From Cenococcum geophilum (taxonomy: Eukaryota): a DNA stretch of 64,000 nt. Position numbers and translations under genes: made by a program. The notes below the pieces were generated by a model. The model searched no databases and had not been told where the DNA came from. It saw only the letters and a list, made by a program, of their open reading frames with translations. The stretch spans positions 2,232,001 through 2,296,000 of the forward strand of contig CP158635.1 in NCBI GenBank assembly GCA_050273025.1, read 5' to 3'. This document shows, piece after piece, positions 26,713-38,185 of the stretch; position 1 is the stretch's first letter, and every line of letters begins with the position of its first letter.

Positions 26713-26736
26713 GGAGGCATACGTGGTGTCTCCTAG
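26713..26736 (+). mobile_element. Possible Helitron-like 3' terminus
   Basis: GGAGGCAT-n5-GTGTCTCC hairpin ending in CTAG|TATA, resembling 12971-12990. Confidence 0.35.
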
Positions 26737-27316
26737 TATAGAGCCCCTAAAGCCAGATCATAATAAACAAACAAACCCCTAACCTTAACGACCCTAATTA
26801 GGTGGCGCGCCCTTTGGGGCGCGTTCTGTAGACTGTGTGAGCCGTAGAATAAACCTAGCAGGTGCTATAGAAACGATCTCTTAATGCAGACGAGGAGCGT
26901 ACTACTATGCTCTCCTTCCTTACTACCGCGATTACAACCTTTTAGGTAGCCTTCGCCACGTTAGCAGAGCTCCTCTAGACCTAAGCGTATATATATACTG
27001 TATATGTGTGTCTGTATATATGTCTCTATATCTATGTCTCCGTATATATGCGTAGCATATACTCCGGATATTTTGGTTTACGCGGTCGCTTAAGTTAAAT
27101 ACGGCTACCGACGCGCGTTCCGTATGGGTAAAAGTTGGGTACCGCCGACCTTTTCCTGGTGGCTCCGTCGGTGACCAAGCTCAGCTTTCGCCGACCCCAT
27201 CGGCGACCACGTTCAACTTTTCCTGGACCACGCTCAGCTACACCCCGGCTTTCCTCACTCTCAGAGGTTTAGACTCTTTTGCCTTTCGGACACCAGGCTC
27301 TCACCAACGTGACGTT

Positions 27317-28331
27317 ATGGACCCACACTCTGCTACACCAGATTCCTCCGCTGCGAAGCTCTCCCCGGCGCAAGAGCAAGCACGACTACGTCGGGAGCGA
27401 CGAAATGCTAAAATTCAGGCAGGAGGAGCTTCTCGCCTCCAAGCCATCACATCACTGAATGGAGGACATTCTACTGCAGCACCCTCCGCAACAAAACCAG
27501 AACCAGGTCATTAGGCGCCTCATTATCCCTCTTAGAGAATTTACTAATAATCAATCCGCAGCCCCACGACCAAACTCTACGGCACCCTCACAACCTCCGC
27601 AATCTTTAGCTCCAACACACCCTGCCGACCCCGACGAAGTGGACATATCCCAGCACTGCTACACACCCCAAAATCAAGCAAAAGTTCCTCCCTCCCGCTC
27701 CCAGCAGCCCAGTCCATTTGCTTTTAACAGCACTGACACGCCACCCTTACCGCAACAAGGCGGCGACCTCAACCAAGATCCCATGCTCGCCATGATGCAG
27801 CAAATGCTCGGCGCAGGCAGCGATCCTAACAACCCTTCCTCCCCTCAAATGCCCGGCAACCTACCTCCCGGCCTCGCGCAAATGCTTAGCGGAATGCAGC
27901 AACCAACCGAGTCCGCGCAACCCGCCGGCAACTCCGCCTACGTATGGCGCATAATCCACGCCCTGTTCTCGCTGACGATCGCGCTCTACATAACCCTTAC
28001 ATACTCCTTCACTGGCTCCAAACTCTCCCGCACGCACCCTGAGCCTTCGTGGGATGACGAGATCATGGCCTCGACCCTAACGCACTTCTTCTACGCATTT
28101 GCTACTTTCGAAATCGTCTTGCAAACGAGTAGATACTTTGTGGAGCGGGGTCAGTTGCCGGCTTCCGGTTTTCTGGGAGGCATAGCACAGATACTGCCGG
28201 AGCCGTATGCAGGCTACGTGCGAGTAGTGGGCCGGTATAGTGTGATATGGCAGACCGTGGTGGCAGATGCCATGGTGGTGGTTTTCGTGCTTGGTGCAGC
28301 GGCCTGGTGGAGTGGTGGGGCTGGATCGTAG
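27317..28331 (+). CDS. GET2: GET complex subunit Get2/Sif1-like ER membrane receptor; join(27317..27506,27562..28331)
   Basis: N-terminal QARLRRERRNAKIQAGGASRLQAIT basic motif, Pro/Gln-rich linker and three C-terminal hydrophobic segments. A 55-nt GT..TACTAAT..CAG intron joins the two ORFs in frame. Confidence 0.9.
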
Positions 28332-28746
28332 GGTTGTTTGATCCGTAGGAACTGAGATCTAATAGTTACGATTAGGATTCCATGGAATATATCTGAGTGC
28401 GTGCAATATTTGCACGTTCAAGCGAAGTGACAATCTTGGAGTAAGAAGGGAATTATCTTTCCAGATAGCATTGAACAAAGGGAAAAAGGTGACGTACGGA
28501 AGTGAGGAACAATTGGGTGGCCAAGTCATCCCCAAACACAATTTGGTTGCGAGTTTTCGGACTTTTATGCCTTTGTGGTATACAGTTCTACAGAGAAGCA
28601 AAAATCCCAGTCAATCCAAACTCCGCCCATGTCTTGCACATCTTTATTTTACAGCTCAAGGCATATGCTTCTTACCACATATCTCCATCAAATCGACTTG
28701 CACATCCAGCTCAAATCCGCTTCTATACATATCCCGAATCACCAGT

Positions 28747-29551
28747 CTACGTAGCCTGTAACACCTCTCCCCTCGCGGCCTTTAACATAGCCTCCTCCCT
28801 CTTCCTCTGCCTCCTAACCTCCAAGCTCCTCTCGCTATCCCGCCGACTCCTCTCCTTCTGCTCCTCCAGCTCGCGCAGCTCCTGCAACTCCACCTCCGTC
28901 GGCTCGCATGGCGTCGCCTTCGTCTCTAGTAGCAGCAGCTGCAGGATCCCCGCTTCGCTCAGGTTCTTGATGTCGATGGCTTTTTCCACGCGGCGAGGGC
29001 CGGAGGGCGTTACGGGGGATGAGGGAGAGGTGGTGGTGGAGGTGGCGACTGGCCGGCGGTAGAATATTGTGAGGGTTGCGGGGAGGGACGGGTCGAGGTG
29101 CCGTGTGATGGTCATGGGCACGCCTGGGTTGCGGTATTGGAGGCGGGGGAGCATTTCTCGCCAGAATTTTCTATTAACCAAGTACAATAAGCCACTTATC
29201 ATACAAAGAACGTCTTGAGACCTAAGGAGGGGCGTTGTGGAGCGGATAGAGGTGAATTGAGGGATGGAGAACACACCTTGCGCCTCGGTGTCCGCCATCA
29301 ATGTGTTGGCAGAAGGAGAGATTTAGCTTTGCGACTTCCTTGGGCAGGATTGCAGCGCCGGGACCGACTCGGATTGCGAGGAGCTAGATTCAGAGAAGGG
29401 TTAATAGGTGTTGAGGGATCCGGGAGGGTAGTGATTGATGTACCTTCTGAAGTTTGGGCCTAAGTTAGCAATTGAATAGTCGAAAGGGTAATCTAGAAGA
29501 GATAAAACCCACAGTTTTAAGCTTTCGCATGCGCTGCAATATGCTCACCAT
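28747..29551 (-). CDS. MRP49: Mitochondrial ribosomal protein Mrp49-like (L51/S25/CI-B8 fold); complement(join(28747..29170,29277..29383,29444..29446,29513..29551)), 190 aa
   Basis: Spliced product MVSILQRMRKLKTKLLAIRVGPGAAILPKEV...GHRGARKFWREMLPRLQYRNPGVPM. All introns are GT-AG and the frame is preserved. Confidence 0.88.
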
Positions 29552-29966
29552 CCTGAGTGTCTTGTTGGTCATGGAATTGTATTTGCGGAGTGTGCACGGG
29601 TGTCTATGGGCGAGATTTCGGTATATTCGATACCGGAACAACTGGTCGGGCCGCGTATTATTTCCTGAAATACACACTTTTGATTGCTAGATACAAAAGT
29701 ACCGAGGCTCGTAAATTGTATTCAGATAAGATTTCCTTTACAGGAGAAGGCTTCTCGAATATTGAAATAGTAACTAAATGACACAAAAGGCCTCCTAGCT
29801 GCAACAAGACCCTGGTATCCCTTATTCGGGCGTAAACACCTATATCCCAAATCCCTAAGAACCAGAAATTCTCCCATTTATCCAAAACGCATCTACAGCA
29901 GGTTCCTCATGTCTTTTGTGCCGTAAAGTTATATCATCGTTTTTAACGTCACCAGGTTGCACACGC

Positions 29967-30884
29967 TTAATTAGTTGCAGGGCGCGCGGCACCGCCTTGT
30001 CGCTGAGGTTGCTGTACCCTGCGACTCCTGTAAATAAAGTTAGATACTTTTATAACTCTGGTAAGTATACTTATGATAAAGAAGAGATTCTTACATGAAT
30101 GTCCTGCTCAAGAAACTAATAGCGATCATGGGAAGCCACGACGGCATCTTAGACAAGCCCCACGAAATATAGGCGATAGGAAGGCTCAGGTTATACTCAG
30201 CCAAGAGACCGTTGAACGGGTGCCAAATACCCTTATAAGGCTCAGTCTCCTGATATGTCTTCTTAGCGCTAAGCGCCACGATGTCCGAGGCAGTAACGGA
30301 GGTACGGTTGAGGGGAATGTAGCGAACAGTAGGTGCAGGGCTTGACTGATCGACGAGAGGACGAGGGATAGACATGTAATAGATGGAAGGCGGTCCGGCA
30401 GCCCAGGAGTTGCAGAGTAGCGGTTCGTTCTCGCAGTCAAGGATGGCGAAGTTGGGCGCAGTTGAAGATGCCGACAGAAGGGCGACGGACTCCTGTAGCA
30501 TGTGTCAGTGATATGAAATCGCGAGAAGAGTGGTCGGACTCTGGTAATACGCACATTCCAGGCCTTCGTGGCATTGCCGCAAACGCCGTAGCAAGTCTTG
30601 TTTCCACCAGTGATGTAAATCATCCAGTCCTCTGGCCCCGCGGCAGTTGTAGAAGGGTTGGCGACGAGCACCGACTTCCAGTTATCCAGCGTCAGGACGT
30701 GTTCTACATGCTCGGCAACCTTTGCGGCACCAGCATCCATAGGCGATGGAACTGAAGGCACGGCAGAGGAGACATAAGACTGCGCCCGATTTATCCAGCC
30801 TTTGATCTTGTCGGCCAGCGGGACTTGCTCCTGCGCCAGAGCCAGCGCAGGAAGCACAACCACAAGCGTTGACGAGAAGCGCAT
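29967..30884 (-). CDS. Conserved fungal secreted/ER protein with signal peptide, CxxxC thioredoxin-like domain and C-terminal hydrophobic anchor; complement(join(29967..30027,30095..30492,30555..30884)), 262 aa
   Basis: Signal peptide MRFSSTLVVVLPALALAQ, LTLDNWK, WMIYITGGNKTCYGVC, LDCENEPLLCNSW and WHPFNG. Two GT-AG introns with CTGAC/CTAAC branch points keep the frame open. Confidence 0.85.
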
Positions 30885-31453
30885 GTTGATCAGAGTGTGG
30901 ATAGAATGTAGTGGTGCTAAAGGCGAGGCTGGGGAGGGCTGCTCAGAAGGATAGGTAACCTTTGAGGCACACTATGCAGCAATGCGGTAATGCTGCAGAA
31001 AAGTATGGGGGTATCAATGAAGGACGAGGACGAGGGCAGTGATGCACAGTCTATAGACGCGATGTCTGGAGGATTACAAAAATAACAGATGGAGGAGTAG
31101 AGGAAAACAATGACAAGGGTGGCCAGTTGGAGGTCTGGATCAACAGCGACATAGCTCGGGGACAGCCGATTCCTGTCCAGGCGGGGACACGCGAACCCTA
31201 GAATGCCTAGAAACCGTTTCGAAAAGCCGCCCAAGAGGCCCGCGCTCAAGCTATGAACCTCTCCCCTGAACTCAATCGGGAAGCCCTGGGCAGTTTCATA
31301 TTGCAGTTGTTTTACTATTGACCCAAAGTCCCTCATTCCTCTTCTTCTGTCACTTTTTCTCATTTTTGCTGCGTTTTATGTGGGAGGAAGCAGCTTCCTT
31401 CCAGCTTTGAATTTACTGCAGCTCTTGAGCATTCCTGTCCTTCGCTGTTCACA

Positions 31454-32710
31454 ATGCGCGTCACTTCACGCCTCGCCACGTTCTTCGCCGTATCTGGCAC
31501 TATTCTTAGCACGTCTGCAGGACCGTTGGCCGAAAGAGACTGTGAGACGTTGCCCTTGTGCTTAGCTATATATCAATTGCTAATGTTTCTTAGCTACAAC
31601 ATCAACGTCCTCGTCTAGCCAGCCAACTGCAGCTCTCGTCGTTAGTACTCTCAGTGACGGCAAACCTACAACCGTCGAGGTTGCCTTTCCCACCAGCTTG
31701 ATCTCCTCCAACTCCGCTGTGTCTACTACTGTTGAGAGTTCTGTGACTGCGACACCAGCAGGCTCTACTACCAGCACAGCAGCTAGTAGCACTGTTTCGC
31801 CACTTAATCCGAGCCACGACTTCCCCACCTGTCATGACACGTCTGCTGCTCCATTCTGCCTACCAAACAACGAGAGCACCTTATATGTTGGTAATACATA
31901 CTACGGTATGTGACTCATAAATCTTTCCCCTTTCGCATTTACGCCTCCAGAGATTTTGGCTGGACCCTGGATTCTGCGGTCCTCTCGGACTCCCATCTCA
32001 CCCCCCACAGTTAATTAAATTCTCCCCACTAACCTACCGCAGTTACATGGAACCCCGACTACTTCCCGGTCAACAGCACCATAACCATTAAGCTCAACTA
32101 TGCCAACGACTCACAAATCCAAGCTTGGTCCTCGGACCCTATCGACAACAGCTGGGGCGTCACTACAATCATCATGGACAAAGCGTGGCTTCAAGGTTAT
32201 ACTGAGTATAACCTGACCTTCTATGCACTGATGTTTGAGTCCGCCGACCCTTCATCCAAATCGGTTCCATACGACGGACCCAGTGTCATGTTAACCAACA
32301 CGCCACCAAGTCACTACGCACCTCCGGAGCAGACCAAGGCCCCGAATAAGATGGGATTGATGATAGGCTTGCCGGTTAGTTTGGGTTTCTGTTTTCTTGT
32401 GGTTGTGGGACTGTGGCTGGGTATGCGGAAACATAGGACGATTGGTCTCGGGAATGTCATGGGACGGCGTGGGGGATACGGAGCAGGAAAGTCGCGAAGA
32501 CAGCGACTGGGCTTGGGCAAGAAGGGCGCCATTAGGTTGCAGGAGAGGGAGGTATCGGCTGAGCCGCAGTATCGTGATATGCCCCCGGCACCGAGAATTC
32601 CAGGCCATGGGAGAGAGGAAAGCCTAGGAAGCTTGGTTAGTGATGATGGTATTAGGCCGCATGGGAATGCGTTCAGGCAGGAGCTTGAGAGGCAAAAGAC
32701 TGGGCGGTAA
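31454..32710 (+). CDS. Psg1/DUF4448-like type I membrane protein; join(31454..31541,31594..31905,32043..32710)
   Basis: Signal peptide, Ser/Thr-rich region, PFCLPNNESTLYVGNTYYVTWNPDYF, TM LMIGLPVSLGFCFLVVVGLWLGM and basic tail RRGGYGAGKSRRQR. Two in-frame GT-AG introns. Family assignment is from motif recall. Confidence 0.8.
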
Positions 32711-33334
32711 GTGTGATGGCCTGGTTGAAAAGAGGGTGAAGTAAATTCACTCTTCATTGTCCAATCAAATCTGTAGCCATCAAACAGTATATATTTTCTT
32801 ATCTCAAGAACTTTGATGATGTGTGATTTGTTTTCAATGCTCAGGATGCAAAATTTGGCGCGCTTTCGACTTCATCCTCGCATCCCTCCCACGTATTCGT
32901 GCCTGGCGAGCTTCCTCTTCTTCGCCTCTAGCCTGCTTCTACAGCTAGCAGTCCTAGAAAGTTGTTCTACTCTTGCACTCACCCTTGCGACTTAGCACGA
33001 AGAAGTTCTACTCTTTGATATCATCTTCTCGCCAGTTAATTAAGTTATACTGGATGCCAATCTTTCTTTCTCAGATCAAAGTCCCTACTAGTATCTAAAG
33101 CCCCTAATGCTTTACGAATGTCATTCCCTCTGCCACCGCCCATCTCTTCCGCTTTGTTACTGCAAGTCGTCCCAATACTATCTCCGTCACTTTCAGCCTT
33201 GCGTTTCTTCCCGGGATGTTTGGACTTCAAGGTTGGGAAATAGAGCTTTCTGAAGTCGCTCTTCTTCCTGAGAACGACGGCGTCATAGAAGAACCCGTTC
33301 GCCAAAAAAGTACCATTGCGCGAGATGCATTGAC

Positions 33335-33865
33335 AGTGGACATATTGCTTGCCTAGAAGGTCTACCGTAAGCTAGATTTAGGGGGGAACTCCTTATAAAC
33401 GGGAAACTTAAATTGCCGCTAGATAGCCTTAGAGGGGCCGACATAACGGCCCTATAAATACTAGCTTACCTTATTACCATCTACCGTAAGCCATAAAGTA
33501 GCGCGGTCGTTCCCCTTATATACTTGTAGATATACTTAACGAATCACACGGAAACGTAAACCTTAACATATACGTATAATACTTTATAATTAGGTACAGG
33601 TAGTACGAAACGACCTAGCGGTTATCCATTTTAAACATAGCTCCAATAAGCCCTGGTAAGCGGATAGTAAACAACCGTAGATTATCGCGACGGCGGTACT
33701 CCAGATAGCCGTTACGAACGACGGTAGTAGGGTTAAAAGCCTTAGAGTACCGCTTCGAGTAGCCCAGCGGAAGGCCCAGCCCTCGCGCAGCCATATAGGG
33801 AGCTCGCGGATTACAGGAGCCGTAAGGGTCGTAAACTATTATTGTCGACCAGGACGATCAGGGAT
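33335..33865 (-). pseudogene. Helitron Rep/helicase fragment, RIP-mutated
   Basis: Minus strand: YDPYGSCNPRAPYM..YSKRYSKAF..NGYLEYRRRDN..MDNR*VVSY..VKYIYKY..GNDRAT..RYVGPSKAI*RQFKFPV. This matches the HGPCG..NP.APCM / CSK.FPK / GYP.YRRR / DNRWVVPYN / KYIYKY..KG.DRA motifs of RepHel. Confidence 0.85.
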
Positions 33866-34499
33866 GAGGACTGTACTGTATTGAATATAGCTCTAGAGTC
33901 TCTATATATACTTCAAGAAGTCGTCAGCTTCGCCTCATCTACGACGTATTTGGTTAATCAGTTAGAGCTTCAAACATCAGTCGTTTAATCAAGGACTGGT
34001 GCGACTTCTATAGTTTCACAAGTCGACAATTATCGACTTCACGATCTCAGTAAGACAACCGGTAGAGTCGTCTTCTGGCTGCGGAAGCTCCGCGGATATA
34101 AAACGGTCGATAACAGCTAGGTCCAGCAGCCTATCGCGGTCATGCGGATATAGGAAGAGCAGTAGGTATAAATGCTGCAGGTGATCAGAGGTACGAAGCG
34201 TGAGCCTGGTCCAGTAATGGCCTCCGTTCAGTTTCTCGGTCGCAGAACCAAGACCTCAGTCCAATATAGGGGCCGGTACTATTACTATAATTATCAGCAT
34301 ATTCAGGAGCTTTTTACTTATAATACTTAACGACTCGTCCTTCAGAGTGAACTTGAAATATTCACCAATAATACTACAACTACCATCAGCTCTTCAACCC
34401 GCTTCTTAGATACGCCGACTCCAGTTTCTATACTAGCAAATCAGAAATATACCTTTCCAGGTTCGGCGCATACTCGAGTCGCGGGCGACGAACCTATCA

Positions 34500-35050
34500 A
34501 AAGTCCACGTTCTCAAAGACTAGCTATTTTCACATTGAATACGGACTACAATATAGGTATAGGAAGCACAGGAGTAGCTACTTAATATTCACCTAGCTAA
34601 GATTGCCGTGATCATACTTGGCCCTGTGTTATAGTGTCAAACGGACTCGTGTCTAGATTGATCTAAGAAGAAAAGAGACTATATACACATAGTGGGTAAG
34701 TCATAGGCACGAGGAGCACCTATAATAAGGAGAGGGACAGGCGACATTATATAGCATCCCGTGAAGGAGCATAAAGTCGTTAAACTTTAGAGGAAACCAT
34801 GCAATTGCTCCGCCTGCATAGAGGCTGGTAGAGGGGCTGGAAAGGTTATAAACGCGAGGAAACTGTTAGCAGATCTCTCTGTTAATACTACCAGGAAATC
34901 CATCTATAGTAAGGACTAGAAGAGACCTTAAAGAGCGCCAAGAACGAGGTACGGCTGTTGTCTCTGCAATACCGTTTTGCACGAGATCCGAGTGTTAGAA
35001 TAGCTACCTCGACAGGCTCAACTCCAAGGACTAGCTTACAGATAGAAATC
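34500..35050 (+). pseudogene. Possible second piggyBac-like transposase C-terminal remnant
   Basis: EHKVVKL*RKPCNCSAC...RAPRTRYGCCLCN resembles the piggyBac C-terminal Cys-rich domain. No catalytic motif was seen and the boundaries are approximate. Confidence 0.45.
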
Positions 35051-35461
35051 TATATATGAAACCGTTAATTTAAGTAAAAACGACGTAGTCTTATTAATCG
35101 CAGTCGATTTAGTTATTTTAGCTATTACGAAGAACTTTAAGTGTCATAGTGGTTAATAGATTTAGGAGCAGAAAGGTGTATTTTAAAATTCCGAAGCCCA
35201 TACCAAACCTTCTGGCTAAGGTAAAGCCCAAAATAGCTTAGTGCGCGGTTAAATCTCGGAAGAAGATGTGTGGCCGGGATATTAATAGCTTTGAAACAAG
35301 GGCTTAAACTATGAGCGCGCTAATATCAAACATGGTGCAGTTGAGGCGTAACATTCTCATATCAAGTCCGCATGTCATCCATAAAATGGCTATCTCTTTA
35401 GCATCCGATTTCGTCGGCTGGCGATACCCCTACACCTAGATCTCCATCTTTTAACTTCCTC

Positions 35462-36364
35462 ATGTCCGCCGCCTGCTACAACCCAGACGGCAGCCTCCAC
35501 GAGGGCGGCAACTGGACTGCTTGCGACCCCACAGCTCAATACTCTACCTGCTGCAGCGAGGGTGACGTCTGTCTCTCCAACGGACTATGCCTGGACGCAG
35601 GTGCCAATAATCTCCTCTCAACCCAAGGCTGCACCGAATCGACGTGGACGCACTCTCCATGCCACAAATACTGCCCTCGTACGTGAACAAATCCCCAGAG
35701 ATACACCCGCACACACAACTACATAGCTTCATCATAGTAGCGCGTAACGCTCATTCACTCGAATAATACAGAAACCGATATCTTTGCGCCAAACCTGTTT
35801 CCCTGCGCCTCAGGCGAAGACTCCGCCGGCGGTATTAAGTACTGCTGCGGTCCGGATCCGACTGAGTGCTGCAATAACGGCAGTGCGTTTTCTGTCCCTG
35901 TGGGCACCGTTGTTTTGCGTTCGGGGCAGAGCGCTTTACCGTCTTCATCGTCTTCGTTATTGTCTACCGGTTCTTCTCCCTCCTCTAGTGCTACCGGTAC
36001 CACTTCTGCAGGGCCCGGACCAACATCAAACTCTCAGAGTAGTGGTGGCGGCGGGAACAGCAATACTCTGAGTATTGGCCTAGGTGTCGGCCTCTCTTTA
36101 GGCATCATACTAATAGTGGTGTTGGTATTCTTGGCTGTCCAGTTACGTTGGCTGAGGCGGTACAAGCACGCGTTGAATGTGCAAAATCCAAATTCAGGTG
36201 GAGCGAAACCGGATGGAATGGCCATGCATTGGCAACAGAACGGGTGGGGCGGGGGGAGCGGAGGCGAGCATATAGGCGAGTTGGAAGTGAGGCCGCTGGA
36301 GATGGAGGCGAGGCCGCAAGCGCACGAGATGGGGGCGATACCCCCAATTCAGACCGTTCGGTAA
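35462..36364 (+). CDS. Cys-rich, Ser/Thr-rich single-pass membrane protein (Mid2/SKG6-like architecture); join(35462..35678,35772..36364)
   Basis: CYNPDG..C..STCC..GDVCLSNGLC..GCTESTW..C...CP, then YCCG..CC, an S/T stalk, TM IGLGVGLSLGIILIVVLVFLAV and an ELE/EME tail. A 93-nt GTACGT..CAG intron joins the ORFs in frame. Confidence 0.85.
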
Positions 36365-36473
36365 GACTACAGTAATAATATTCTAGTCCACTCCCTTATC
36401 CAATAAGCTTTAAAGCCTAGGAAGACCAACGTCTAGAAAGACCAACTAAACGGGTATAAGGGATATTATCGTA

Positions 36474-36554
36474 GTCACCTTGGGTACCCTCAGGACAACC
36501 CCCGGACACTCCTTAGATGGCAGTCGGTCACGTGCTGGAGGTACGTGCCCGTAG
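36474..36554 (+). mobile_element. Helitron-like 3' terminus, second copy
   Basis: Shares GTCACCT..CTCAGGACAACCCCGGACA..GTCGGTCACGTG..GAGGYACGTGCCCSTAGTATATAG with 12922-12993. Confidence 0.55.
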
Positions 36555-36842
36555 TATATAGTATATAATAACCTTTTTCTTATTACCCCTATTCCTTACC
36601 CTATCCTTAGTATACTAGCCTTACTCTCGTATTAAGCGCTATTAGCTAGCTTACTAGAAGTTATAAGTAGTATAGATAGCTATAGTATAGTCTTAAATTT
36701 AACCTAGGTATTTAGTATTAGCACTAAAATAAGAAAGAGCCTAGGTAATATAGTAGTTAAGGATATTAAAGGAATATTACTACTTAGGCCTAGGCTAATA
36801 AAGCTTAAAGTTAGTAATAGAAATCTATTAAGAATAGGAAAG

Positions 36843-37046
36843 TGTTATAGAACGTAGGTAGTGGCTATAAAGCGTATATATTTAAGAAGTCTATAAAATA
36901 TTATATAATTAATTATAAGGGTTAAGGGCGTAAGGAGGTAATATACCTACGCGTAGCTAATATAAGCTATATATAAGGTATATATAAAAGTACAGGGCTC
37001 TCTTATAGAGGCCCCTATAGTAGAGTTTTATAATATTACCCCCTCT
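36843..37046 (-). mobile_element. Gypsy-A 3' LTR (36843-37035) plus PPT stub, inverted
   Basis: Reverse complement of 11349-11541, followed by TTACCCCCTCT (PPT complement) and cut there by Gypsy-B2. Confidence 0.85.
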
Positions 37047-37577
37047 TATAACAGAACCTTATAGCAAGTACTATAATAGGCTCGTTATTAGGCTAGGTGT
37101 ATAGGTAATATAAATTAAAGTTAACAACGTAATAATAACTAGTGGAGTAATTGCCTAATAGATTAACTTTAATTATATTCTAAGAATTACTATAAGGAAA
37201 AACTATCTAGGTAGAGATTAAGGGTCCTTAAATATATAACCGTACTCCTATAAAATCCTTCTTATATATAATATATGTGTACTCTATTTACTCTATTACG
37301 GATTATATAGATCCTATAGATTATATAGATTACGTTATATAACCTTAGTTACTATTCCTCGTTATATAGCTCTATCGGCTCTATTTTAGACTATATTTAT
37401 ATTAACTAACTAGCTTCTTTTAACTCTTCCCTAAGTAGTTGTAATATTATACTTAAAGCATCTATAGCACTATCTCCCTCCTCTTTATCTTCGTCCTTAA
37501 AGATTTCTAATATCTCTAAGTTATTTACTAGAGGTGTAATATCTGTCTAATTAATTTGGTTAATGTTATTACTTATT

Positions 37578-38185
37578 ATACCTAAAGTAATTTCTTCTTC
37601 CTTAACGGCCCGTTATGTTTACACTGTTACTATAATATTATCTTTTAGTAAGATTATACTATCTCTATATTCCCGCTGTTTAAAAGAGGGGTTAGTTTAT
37701 ATTACGTTGGCGAACCTATCTTTACAATAACCGTTCTTTTACTTAAAGTGCACTAAAGCGAATATTTATTCGTCCTATAATATTTACTCTATCTTTAATG
37801 CTAAATATACGCGACCTATTACTCTTAATAGCCGTCTAGTTCCCTAATTAATTTGTCTTAGGGTTTTATATTTAATCTACTACTATATAGCTAGATAATA
37901 AACTGTCTATTACTCTAGCGGAGTTATACCGTTCTTATAATGTAGAATAGGAGGTTGCCGATACTTAGCAACGGGCCCTTAAGTCTTATTTTACGGCGTC
38001 CACTTAGTTAATCCATCTTAAAAAGGTTTATAAAAAGGTCCGTTTTAAGAAGTAAAAACTTATAAAATAGGGTTTATAGGAACTTAGTAATAAAAGAATA
38101 AATTCTCTTTTAGCCGAGAAGAAAATAAATCTAAGTAGTTTGGCAACTGCTCTTTTTGGGTCCCCCTTAGGTAACTTATTTTTTA
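37578..38185 (+). pseudogene. Antisense Zn2Cys6-like/coiled-coil accessory gene of Gypsy-B (copy in B2)
   Basis: Collinear with the B1 and B3 copies; retains CGC TGT and AAG TGC ACT Cys codons. Confidence 0.6.

Noticed and set aside
12202..27108. GTAGCCGTATTT / AAATACGGCTAC as TIRs of a 15-kb element
   Set aside because: The left copy lies inside the Tc1 coding frame (KYGY) and there is no TSD, so it is probably a chance match.
28359..29885. ORFs overlapping MRP49 (for example 28502-29062 +, 29215-29463 +)
   Set aside because: Antisense or alternative frames of the real spliced gene and its UTRs.
30917..31363. 148-aa minus-strand ORF
   Set aside because: Lies in the divergent promoter/5' UTR region and has no protein-like motifs.
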